DNA of 64,000 bases. Source: an uncultured Acidobacteriaceae bacterium. GTDB lineage: Bacteria > Acidobacteriota > Terriglobia > Terriglobales > Acidobacteriaceae. The stretch covers positions 56,799 through 120,798 of the forward strand of contig CAWKKK010000010.1 of NCBI GenBank assembly GCA_963850165.1. Reading direction: 5' to 3'. Below the pieces are notes generated by a model. The model made no database searches. It saw only the letters and a program-made list of their open reading frames with translations, and was not told the DNA's origin. Positions 19,746-27,825 of this stretch are shown piece after piece (within the stretch, counting starts at the first letter, position 1; each line of letters opens with the position of its first letter). The position numbers and the translations under genes were made by a program.

Positions 19746-19891
19746 TGGCCGCTTTTCCCATTTTGGGAATTGTTTTCCACTTTTTTCTTAGAATTTTCTT
19801 GCCTTCGTTTGCGGATGGCTATTGAATAAATAGATGGGGCGGCATTCGCGTGTTTTTCCCGAATGCCGCCTTTTTCGTTTTGAGGTTGGTC

Positions 19892-20389
19892 ATGAAGAAG
19901 CGGATACCTAAAGTGATTGGCAAGAAACTTCGCGGCGAGTGGACCGAGATGCGGTTCATGGTGCGCGTGGCAGAGCTTGGTTTGCCGATCAGCAACCCTT
20001 GGGGAGACTCCAGGAGTTTTGACTTTGTGGTGGGATGGCCGCGTCACTTCGTGGCAGTGCAGGTTAAATCCACCATCTTTGAACTGAACGAGGGTTGGAT
20101 GTGCACGGTGTGCAGCAGCGGCCATCCGTATCCGCCCGGGTCGTTCGACTTTCTGGCGGCCTACATTGTTTTCGAGGATGCCTGGTACATCATTCCCGAG
20201 GAGAAGATTCTGGGGATGAAGTCGGTTTCGCTGCATACGAAGTGCAACCAGTCCCGGTACGAAAAGTACAGGGAGAACTGGGACTTGCTGCAACGATCAG
20301 CCGGTGCGAAGCCGGAGGGCGAACCCGAGACGGGCCAGGTCGACGACATTCAGGGATGCGCGGAAGAAGTTTTCTTCAGCCTGGGCTGA
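19892..20389 (+). CDS. stand-alone PD-(D/E)XK endonuclease (PDDEXK_5-like)
   Basis: GAGG RBS plus ATG 19892. GEWTEMRFMVRVAELGLPISNPWGDSRSFDFVV..VAVQVKST..FDFLAAYIVFEDAWYIIP fits the D..(D/E)xK layout of this family. Confidence 0.7.
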   Translation: MKKRIPKVIGKKLRGEWTEMRFMVRVAELGLPISNPWGDSRSFDFVVGWPRHFVAVQVKSTIFELNEGWMCTVCSSGHPYPPGSFDFLAAYIVFEDAWYIIPEEKILGMKSVSLHTKCNQSRYEKYRENWDLLQRSAGAKPEGEPETGQVDDIQGCAEEVFFSLG

Positions 20390-20936
20390 ATGAGGGAGGC
20401 ACGGTTTCGGCCGTCCTGCTTGCGGCGCTATTTTCTTCACCGCGTCTAAGGTAAATCCCCTGCAACTTCCGGGTCGCTCTCCGCGATTTCTCCCACGGTT
20501 TTCCTCAGGGTTCCACAGGGAAGTACTATCGTCCACAGTTTCTGCACAAGCGGGAAATGTTTTTCTGTTGCGGCGCGAAACATTCCGGGCGAGAGTGGGT
20601 TCAGCGAATACGTGGCATTCTCAAAGCTTGCCAACGGATGATTGCGGTGACGGCGGTGGCAGACTGGCAATTCTCGAGGGTGAATTGCCAGGGGAAATTC
20701 GGAGACGCGCGAGAGTGCGTGCCGGTTGCCCGGGCATTGCGGCCTCCTCCTTCGGCCTGCTCCCTGAGTAAGGCTGGACCGTTGGTTACGGCAGGGGTTG
20801 CAGAGAAGTGATTCTTCGAATCACGTTTCTGCAGTCAGTACTGGTAAAAGTGGCACTCTGCGCGAGCGCTGTCGGACCAGTACCGTCGTCCCGTTGCACC
20901 TAGCGGCGGGAAGGCAAGACGAGAGATCCACGAACG

Positions 20937-20976
20937 ATGCGGCGCCGATGGCTGGTCGGCGCCGCATTTGTTTTGC
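20937..20976 (+). terminator. rho-independent terminator
   Basis: Perfect 12-bp stem atgcggcgccga / tcggcgccgcat with a 7-nt loop, followed by ttgttttgc. The T-tract is present only on the plus strand. Confidence 0.75.
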
Positions 20977-21123
20977 TGTCACAAATTCTTGCCACGGATT
21001 TTCGCGGATCTGCTCGGGAAAAACCTTCTCCTGTTTTTACTCGTAAGACTTTTCTGTTAAGGACGTGTTTTCGCGGGACTTCCACAAGATAACGGCTGGG
21101 TTCACAGCTTCTGCACAATTCAT

Positions 21124-21153
21124 TTGCCGCTTCGCTGTTTGTTCGCTTATGCT
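21124..21153 (+). promoter_or_regulatory. candidate dnaB promoter (TTGCCG, 17-18 nt spacer, TATGCT)
   Basis: Hexamer match 36-65 nt upstream of the dnaB ATG, immediately downstream of the CCACA-box module. Pattern match only. Confidence 0.3.
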
Positions 21154-21188
21154 AGGCGGGGGATTGGGGCAGAGTTCAGTTCGGAAAT

Positions 21189-22553
21189 ATGGCGACGACC
21201 GATTACAACATCAGCACTCTTCCGGCGAATGTAGAAGCGGAGCGCTCGATTCTGGGCGCGATTCTGCTGGATAACTTCTCTTACAACCAGGCTGCCGAGC
21301 ATTTGCGGATCGAGGATTTCTCGCTGGATTCGCACCGGCGGATTTATGGGCGGATGGTCGATCTGGCAGAGTCATCTCGTCCGATCGACATGATTACGTT
21401 GATCGAGGAGCTTGACCGGCACAAGGATTTGCAGGCGATCGGCGATGTGGGCTACGTGTCGAGTCTGCTGGATGGGGTTCCGGACCGGCCGAGCATCGAG
21501 CACTATGTCAAGATCGTGCGCGACAAGGCGCTGCTGCGCGGGCTGATTCATGCGGCTAATACGGCGATTGCGCGGGCGGCCGATCAATCGGATACTGCTG
21601 AGGAGGTGCTTAGCGATGCGGAGGCTGCGATCTTCCAGCTCTCGGAGAAGCGCATTGGCCGCGGATTCATGGGCGTGCAGGAGATTGTGCGTGAGTCGTT
21701 CGGGTCGGTGGATGCTTTGCTGCAACGCGGGCAACGCATCACAGGGCTGGCCACGCACTACGAAAATCTCGACGAGATGACCAGCGGATTGCAGCGCTCG
21801 GATCTGGTGATCATTGCGGCGCGGCCTTCGATGGGCAAGACCGCGTTCGCCATGAACATCGCCGAAAACGCGTCGATCAAAGATCAGCAGGTGGTGGGAG
21901 TGTTTTCCCTGGAAATGTCGCGCGAGGCGCTGCTGCTGCGCCTGCTGTGCTCGACGGCGGAGGTGGACGCGCACAAAATGCGCACCGGATCGCTATGGCA
22001 AGATGACACGCGCAAGGTGGTGCGCGCCATGGAGCAATTGGCACACGCGCCGATTTTTATCGATGACACGCCCGGCATTTCGTTGAGCGAGATGCGGGCG
22101 AAGGCGCGGCGGTTGAAGCAATCGCAGGGCAAGCTTGATTTGATCATCGTGGACTATCTGCAACTCATGTCGGGTGGAGGCAAGCGTTACGAAAACCGCA
22201 CGCAGGAAGTTTCGGCGATTTCGCGCGGGCTGAAGGGGCTGGCCAAGGAACTCAGTGTGCCGGTGGTTGCGCTCTCGCAGTTGAGTCGCGCTCCGGAGAG
22301 CCGGGGCGGCGACCATCGTCCGCAACTTTCCGATTTGCGCGAGTCAGGATCGATTGAGCAGGATGCCGATCTGGTGATGTTCATCTTTCGGGAGGAAGTC
22401 TACCGGCAAGACGATCCGGAGTTGCAGGGGAAGGCGGAGATCATCATATCGAAACAGCGAAACGGGCCGACGGGCAAGCTGATGCTGGCCTTCCGGAAGA
22501 ACTGCACCAGGTTCGAGATGATGGCCGAGGGCGGGATGGAGCCCGAGGAGTGA
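21189..22553 (+). CDS. dnaB: replicative DNA helicase
   Basis: N-terminal LPANVEAERSILGAILL, Walker A ARPSMGKTAF, LIIVDYLQLM, and RecA-like C-terminal motifs (SQLSR, RESGSIEQDAD). Confidence 0.95.
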   Translation: MATTDYNISTLPANVEAERSILGAILLDNFSYNQAAEHLRIEDFSLDSHRRIYGRMVDLAESSRPIDMITLIEELDRHKDLQAIGDVGYVSSLLDGVPDRPSIEHYVKIVRDKALLRGLIHAANTAIARAADQSDTAEEVLSDAEAAIFQLSEKRIGRGFMGVQEIVRESFGSVDALLQRGQRITGLATHYENLDEMTSGLQRSDLVIIAARPSMGKTAFAMNIAENASIKDQQVVGVFSLEMSREALLLRLLCSTAEVDAHKMRTGSLWQDDTRKVVRAMEQLAHAPIFIDDTPGISLSEMRAKARRLKQSQGKLDLIIVDYLQLMSGGGKRYENRTQEVSAISRGLKGLAKELSVPVVALSQLSRAPESRGGDHRPQLSDLRESGSIEQDADLVMFIFREEVYRQDDPELQGKAEIIISKQRNGPTGKLMLAFRKNCTRFEMMAEGGMEPEE

Positions 22554-22563
22554 GTCGTGGCGG

Positions 22564-22603
22564 TACAGGAATCCCTGTAATTTGGATTACAGGAATGCCT
22601 GTA
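22564..22603. promoter_or_regulatory. two tandem 16-bp palindromes TACAGGAAT(C/G)CCTGTA
   Basis: 22564-22579 and 22588-22603, separated by 8 nt, starting 11 nt after the dnaB stop. Each has 6-bp arms TACAGG/CCTGTA. Confidence 0.5.
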
Positions 22604-23022
22604 GTTTCAGCGGTTAAGTGGCTTAGGGGATTCGAGTTGTGCTTAGAGGTCGCGCTGTGGAAAAGCTTGTGGAATGCTGGCCGGGCCAGGAATTGCTAAC
22701 CAAAAAGAAGGTTTGAGCGATCTGGATTCCCCGGGCTTCTACTTCTTAAAGTCCTGAGTAGTAACCAGTTAGGCAATTCGCTCGGAATTAACATAGGGGG
22801 AACCAGCGGAAAACCGGGTTATTCCCGCTTTGGAGATTTGCACATTTTGCGCTCCCGATCTTCGAATTCCAGGTCTCTGAGCGGCCTAAAACCATCGTAA
22901 GGACTAACAGAAGCATTTTGGGCGTGGAAGAGGGGGTGACACTATAGCCCGGAGGTTCCTTGGGACGTGACTCCAAGGCCATCCGGCGGAGCGCTTCCGG
23001 TGGGAGCGGACTCGGATCGAGC

Positions 23023-23213
23023 ATGCTCATAGAAATCGGAAATGTGGAGGCGATCTTCCGGTATCCCGTGAAGTCCATGGGCGTCGAACCACTCGAGGCC
23101 GCCAACCTGGGCTGGCACGCCTCGATGGTGACAGACGCCTAGCATTGCGGCGGATGGATGACCGCAGCGGGTTGCCGTGGCCGCCCAACGCGGCGTTGAG
23201 GCGAGCAGGGTGA
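23023..23213 (+). pseudogene. truncated, frameshifted remnant of a MOSC-domain protein (N-terminal beta-barrel only)
   Basis: MLIEIGNVEAIFRYPVKSMGVEPLEAANLGWH, then after a frame change LDGDRRLALRRMDDRSGLPW.., ending after about 60 residues. Full-length MOSC proteins are much longer. Confidence 0.6.
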
Positions 23214-23241
23214 CGGGCTTGCCGGAAATTAATTCTTCTCT

Positions 23242-25050
23242 TCAATTACTGTCTTCGCCGACTTTCAGGACGGCTAGGAAGGCCTCCTGCGGAATATCGA
23301 CGCGACCGATCCGTTTCATTCGTTTCTTGCCTTCCTTCTGTTTTTCGAGCAGCTTGCGCTTGCGGGAAATGTCGCCGCCGTAGCACTTGGCGATGACGTT
23401 CTTACGGATGGCGGAGACGGTTTCGCGGGCGATGATTTTCGCGCCGATCGAGGCCTGGATCGCCACTTCGAACATTTGCCGGGGAATGAGCTGCCTCATT
23501 TTCGAGACCAGCAATTTGCCGCGCTCGTAGGCAAAATCGCGATGCACGATGATGGAGAGCGCATCGACCGGCTCGCCCGCCACGAGGATGTCGAGCTTGA
23601 CCATGGGCGACTCCCAGTAATCGGCCAGGTGATAATCGAGCGAAGCGTAGCCGCGCGAGACTGACTTCAGGCGATCGTAAAAATCAAGGACGATTTCATT
23701 CAGCGGTAACTCATAGTGCAACATCACGCGCGACGAGCTGACGTACTCGAAGGTCTTCTGCTTGCCGCGCTTGTCTTCGACCAGCTTCAGAATTCCTCCG
23801 ACATATTCTTCGTTGGTGAGGATTGTGGCGAGAATCACGGGCTCTTCGACTTTGGCGATCTCGCTAGGGTCGGGCCAGCGCGAGGGATTGTCGACCTCGA
23901 TCAGCACGCCATCGGTCTTGGTGATTTTGTATCGCACGCCGGGCGCGGTGGTGATGAGTTCGAGGGCGAACTCGCGCTCGAGGCGTTCCTGAATGATCTC
24001 CATGTGGAGCAAGCCGAGGAAGCCGCAACGGAAGCCGAAGCCGAGCGCGACGGAACTTTCCGGTTCGAAGAAGAATGACGAGTCATTCAGCCGAAGTTTC
24101 TCGAGGGCTTCGCGCAGACGCGTGTGCTCGTGCGCGTCGACGGTGTAGAGGCCGGCGAATACCATGGGCTTGATCTCTTCAAAGCCGGGAAGCGCTTCGA
24201 AGGCAGGGTTGGTGTCGTCGGTGATCGTGTCGCCGATTTTTGTGTCGGCTACATTCTTGATATTGGCGATAAGGAAGCCCACTTCGCCCGCTTTCAGTTC
24301 TTCGATCTCGACCGGCTTGGGGCTTTGCACTCCGAGAGTTTCCGCGTCGAAAGTTGTTCCGTTCGACCACAGGCGAATTCTCTGTCCCTTGCGCAGCGTG
24401 CCTTGGAAAACGCGGGTGAGTATGACAACGCCGCGGTAGGCATCGAACCAGGAATCGAAGACCAGTGCCTGAAGGCGGGCATCGGGATTGCCTTTCGGCG
24501 GGGGAATGCGCTTCACAATGGCTTCGAGCACGTCGGGCACGCCCTGGCCGGTTTTCGCGCTGATGAGCACGGCATCGGACGCGTCGAGGCCGACGGCGCT
24601 TTCGATCATCTCTTTGGTGCGCGGGATGTCGGCGCTTTGCAGGTCGATCTTGTTGATGACAGGAATGATTTCGAGGCCGTTGTTGATCGCAAGGTAAGCG
24701 TTGGCGAGGGTTTGCGCCTCCACGCCCTGGGAAGCGTCGACTATTAACAGCGCGCCTTCGCACGACGCCAGCGAGCGCGAGACCTCATAGGAAAAATCCA
24801 CGTGGCCGGGAGTGTCGATCAGATTGAGCTGGTAGGTCTGGCCGTCGTGAGCGGTGTACATCATTCGGACGGCGTGGGCTTTGATGGTGATGCCGCGCTC
24901 GCGCTCGAGGTCCATGGAGTCGAGGACCTGGGCTTGCATCTCGCGGGCGGTGAGCGATCCGGTGAGTTCCAGCAGGCGGTCTGCCAGCGTGGATTTACCG
25001 TGATCGATATGCGCGATGATCGCAAAGTTGCGGAGGAAGGCGGCGTCCAT
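23242..25050 (-). CDS. lepA: translation elongation factor 4
   Basis: 602 aa with [30 protein letters not shown] and the LepA-specific C-terminal domain. Confidence 0.96.
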   Translation of the reverse strand: MDAAFLRNFAIIAHIDHGKSTLADRLLELTGSLTAREMQAQVLDSMDLERERGITIKAHAVRMMYTAHDGQTYQLNLIDTPGHVDFSYEVSRSLASCEGALLIVDASQGVEAQTLANAYLAINNGLEIIPVINKIDLQSADIPRTKEMIESAVGLDASDAVLISAKTGQGVPDVLEAIVKRIPPPKGNPDARLQALVFDSWFDAYRGVVILTRVFQGTLRKGQRIRLWSNGTTFDAETLGVQSPKPVEIEELKAGEVGFLIANIKNVADTKIGDTITDDTNPAFEALPGFEEIKPMVFAGLYTVDAHEHTRLREALEKLRLNDSSFFFEPESSVALGFGFRCGFLGLLHMEIIQERLEREFALELITTAPGVRYKITKTDGVLIEVDNPSRWPDPSEIAKVEEPVILATILTNEEYVGGILKLVEDKRGKQKTFEYVSSSRVMLHYELPLNEIVLDFYDRLKSVSRGYASLDYHLADYWESPMVKLDILVAGEPVDALSIIVHRDFAYERGKLLVSKMRQLIPRQMFEVAIQASIGAKIIARETVSAIRKNVIAKCYGGDISRKRKLLEKQKEGKKRMKRIGRVDIPQEAFLAVLKVGEDSN

Positions 25051-25054
25051 AGTT

Positions 25055-25120
25055 CAGTTGTCAGTTGCCGGTTGCCAGTCGCCGGTAAAGCCTCGTCGAT
25101 GCTGACAAACTGGCAACTGC
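25055..25120. repeat. CAGTTGC-type heptamer array with a short inverted partner in the lepA leader
   Basis: cagttgt cagttgc cggttgc cagtcgc at 25055-25082, and the inverted gacaaactggcaactgc at 25104-25120. The array begins 5 nt upstream of the lepA start codon. Confidence 0.7.
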
Positions 25121-25268
25121 TTTTGAGAGTCGCGGGCTAATCTTTGATTTTAGCAGGCGGGGAGCAGTTCTCAATTGGCGCCACGATGCCGATCGACTCT
25201 GGAGCTTTCCGAACAAAATTTTCTTTTCTTCGGTAGAATCCTGCCCTGTGGTTATGAAAGGAAGAAAC

Positions 25269-26720
25269 ATGCGCAAACCTGTCGTTGCCATTCTCTTGGT
25301 GCTTGAGTGCTGTGTCGCTCTCGCGGCTCAAACTCTTTCACCCCAGGTGCGTGCCTTTGTGAAAGTGGATTCGCCTGTGGTGGCGTTGACCCACGTGCGC
25401 GTGATTGACGGCACGGGTGCCGTTGCGCGGGAAGATCAGACTGTCGTGATCTCCAGAGGGAAGATCGAGTCGGTTTCCGACGCCGCGTCGGCGAGTGTCC
25501 CCAAAGATGCGCTGGTGCTGGACCTGCACGGTTACAGCGTGATTCCCGGTCTCGTCGGCATGCATGATCACATGTTCTATCCCATGGGGAACGGCATCTT
25601 TGGCGAGATGGGGTTCAGCTTTCCGCGCTTGTATCTGGCCGGCGGCGTGACGACGATCCGCACTACAGGTGCGCTCGAGCCCTATACCGATCTCGAACTT
25701 AAGAAGCAGATTGATAAGGGCGAAACGCCCGGCCCGAAGATCCACGTTACGGGACCTTACCTTGAAGGAGCCGGCAGTTGGGCGCTGCAAATGCATCAGC
25801 TGACCGGACCTGACGACGCGACGAGGACGGTTAATTTCTGGTTAGACCAGGGCGTCGACAATTTCAAGGCGTATATGTTCATTACTCCGGCGGAGCTTTC
25901 CGCTGCCGTGGCCGCGGCTCACAAGCGCGGCGCGAAAGTTACCGGACATCTTTGTTCCATCGGTTTTCGGGAAGCGGCGGCGCTTGGAATCGACGATCTT
26001 GAGCACGGCCTGTTCGTCGATACTGAATTTCTTCCTGCTAAAAAGCCGGGCGAATGCCCGAGCCCGTCGGAGAGCCCCACTCTTATGGCCAAGCTTGATG
26101 TGAGTGCGGGGCCGCTGCACGAGATGATCGTTGACCTGGTACAGCACCACGTCGCGGTCACCTCGACGCTTCCGGTGTTTGAGATGGGGAGTTTTGCCGG
26201 ACGGCCGACGTTGGAGAAGCGCCTGCTCGATGCCCTTTCTCCCGATGCCCGCAGCGCGCTGCTTTGGAACCGAGTCCGCTCCAGTGACACCAGCGGGTTG
26301 CGACAGCAATATGGAAGCGACGTCTCGCCCTGGCCGGCGGCATTCCAGAAGGAGATGGAATTCGAACATGCTTTCGCGCAAGCCGGCGGCTTGCTGCTGG
26401 CTGGCCTCGATCCCACAGGTATGGGAGGCGTGATCGCGGGCTTTGGCGACCAGCGCGAGGTGGAGTTGCTGGTGGAGGCTGGATTTAGCCCGGTGGAGGC
26501 AATTCACATCGCAACCGCGAACGGCGCGCAGTTTCTTGGAGAACTAGACCGCGTGGGGACGATCGCTCCCGGCAAGGCGGCCGATTTGGTGGTGATCAAA
26601 GGCGACCCGTCGAAGAAGATCGAGGACATCGAAAATGTGGAGACCGTGTTCAAGGACGGCATCGGATACGATTCTGCGAAGCTGATTGAGTCCGTCCGCG
26701 GCGTGGTTGGGAGCCGGTGA
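25269..26720 (+). CDS. secreted amidohydrolase-family protein
   Basis: Signal peptide MRKPVVAILLVLECCVALAAQ, metal-binding GLVGMHDHMF, and an overall amidohydrolase-fold layout. The track start at 25248 is also possible. Confidence 0.75.
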   Translation: MRKPVVAILLVLECCVALAAQTLSPQVRAFVKVDSPVVALTHVRVIDGTGAVAREDQTVVISRGKIESVSDAASASVPKDALVLDLHGYSVIPGLVGMHDHMFYPMGNGIFGEMGFSFPRLYLAGGVTTIRTTGALEPYTDLELKKQIDKGETPGPKIHVTGPYLEGAGSWALQMHQLTGPDDATRTVNFWLDQGVDNFKAYMFITPAELSAAVAAAHKRGAKVTGHLCSIGFREAAALGIDDLEHGLFVDTEFLPAKKPGECPSPSESPTLMAKLDVSAGPLHEMIVDLVQHHVAVTSTLPVFEMGSFAGRPTLEKRLLDALSPDARSALLWNRVRSSDTSGLRQQYGSDVSPWPAAFQKEMEFEHAFAQAGGLLLAGLDPTGMGGVIAGFGDQREVELLVEAGFSPVEAIHIATANGAQFLGELDRVGTIAPGKAADLVVIKGDPSKKIEDIENVETVFKDGIGYDSAKLIESVRGVVGSR

Positions 26721-26724
26721 AGTG

Positions 26725-26794
26725 CAGTGGTCAGTGGTTAGTGGTTAGTGGTTAGTGGTTAGTGATCGGTGGTTAGTGGTCAGTGGTTAGTGGT
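26725..26794. repeat. tandem heptamer array (YAGTGGT, about 10 units)
   Basis: cagtggt cagtggt tagtggt x3 tagtgat cggtggt tagtggt cagtggt tagtggt, lying between the amidohydrolase stop and the maf start. Confidence 0.9.
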
Positions 26795-26812
26795 CGGCGG
26801 GACTTTTAGAAT

Positions 26813-27424
26813 TTGATTCGCATGCTCATTCTTGCTTCTGCTTCGCCTCGGCGTCAGGAGTTGCTGCGCTCCGCCGGGATTCCGTTTACGGTGCAGGCCG
26901 CCAACATTCACGAAACGCCGCTTGCGGGTGAATCTGCGCGAGATTGCGCGGAGCGGCTGGCGCGGGAGAAGGCGTTGGCGGTTTTTCAGAGCAATCCGCA
27001 GCAATGCGTGCTGGGCGCGGACACGATCGTTGTGGTCGATGACGTTGTTCTTGGGAAACCTCGCGATGCGGACGATGCTGCCCGCATGTTGCGATTGCTT
27101 TCCGGGCGCACGCATGCTGTGATCACTGGAGTGTGCGTGGTGGGGCCAGTGGCCAGTGGTCAGTCCGTGGCAGGTCGTCAGTGGTCTGTGGCCAGTAACA
27201 TCAAGAGCACTTCCGAGACTGCTTTGGTTACCATGTGCGAGATTTCCGAGGAGGAGATTCGCTGCTATATCGCTACCGGCGAGCCTATGGACAAGGCGGG
27301 GGCTTATGCGATCCAGGGCGTGGCTTCGCGGTGGATCCCGCGCATCGAAGGTGATTACAGCAATGTGGTGGGATTGCCCGTGGCACTGGTGTACTCGATG
27401 CTGCGGGAACGGGGGGCAGTTTGA
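26813..27424 (+). CDS. maf: Maf-like nucleoside triphosphate pyrophosphatase
   Basis: [49 protein letters not shown]. Contains an in-frame tract derived from the heptamer repeat. Confidence 0.9.
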   Translation: MIRMLILASASPRRQELLRSAGIPFTVQAANIHETPLAGESARDCAERLAREKALAVFQSNPQQCVLGADTIVVVDDVVLGKPRDADDAARMLRLLSGRTHAVITGVCVVGPVASGQSVAGRQWSVASNIKSTSETALVTMCEISEEEIRCYIATGEPMDKAGAYAIQGVASRWIPRIEGDYSNVVGLPVALVYSMLRERGAV

Positions 27425-27499
27425 ATGAAGGCGTTACGGTTAGGGCGATTGCTGGAGCAAGCGCGGGCGAGAGGAATTCAGAATAAACCGCGATCAGGC

Positions 27500-27703
27500 T
27501 TAGGACTTTTTTTCTTCTTCTTTTTCTTTTTCTTTCTCCTCCCCCTCAGGCTTTTCGGCGGGATCTTTCATCGCGGCTTTGAAGTTGCGGATGCCTTCGC
27601 CCATACCTTTGCCTAGCGCGGAGAACTTACTGGTGCCGAAGATCAGAAGAATGATCGCAATAATCAGAATCAAGTGCAGTGGCTGAAAAAGACCTTCACC
27701 CAT
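27500..27703 (-). CDS. tatA: twin-arginine translocase subunit TatA/E
   Basis: 67 aa. N-terminal TM helix plus amphipathic helix (LILIIAIILLIFGTSKFSALGKGMGEGIRNFK) and an acidic/Lys-rich tail. Confidence 0.9.
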   Translation of the reverse strand: MGEGLFQPLHLILIIAIILLIFGTSKFSALGKGMGEGIRNFKAAMKDPAEKPEGEEKEKEKEEEKKS

Positions 27704-27825
27704 AATTCCTCCACCGGGTTTTTCGAAGGCGCGCGGCGAATGCAGGGGCGGCCGTCCGAACTCCCTGCGGAAAGTCTAGGCCATGCCTACTTCGGAGTCA
27801 AAGCGCGTGGGCTTTGCAATCTACT

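Noticed and set aside
20805-20830. tRNA-like T-loop (ttcgaatc) and possible tmRNA/tRNA gene in the island's noncoding segment
   Set aside because: There is no acceptor stem, anticodon arm or CCA-compatible 3' end around it. It is simply a 7-bp local hairpin, gtgattc-ttc-gaatcac.
20500-21188. Calling this region the chromosomal origin (oriC)
   Set aside because: The CCACA boxes deviate from the DnaA consensus by 2-3 positions. The AT-rich tract is short, dnaA is not in the window, and I cannot compute GC skew here. Reported only as a possibility in the findings.
22564-22603. SOS (LexA) boxes
   Set aside because: The palindromes read ACAG-N8-CTGT, the inverse of the E. coli-type CTGT-N8-ACAG. 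They do not match other LexA motifs I recall (GTTC-N7-GTTC, CGAAC..GTTCG), and no SOS gene is adjacent.
26725-26794. Possible CRISPR array
   Set aside because: The unit is only 7 nt and strictly tandem, with no spacers. There are no cas genes in the window. It is a microsatellite-type array.
27425-27616. 63-aa ORF with a poly-Phe run
   Set aside because: It is the antisense reading of the Glu/Lys-rich tail of tatA (the ttcttc/tttttc tract).
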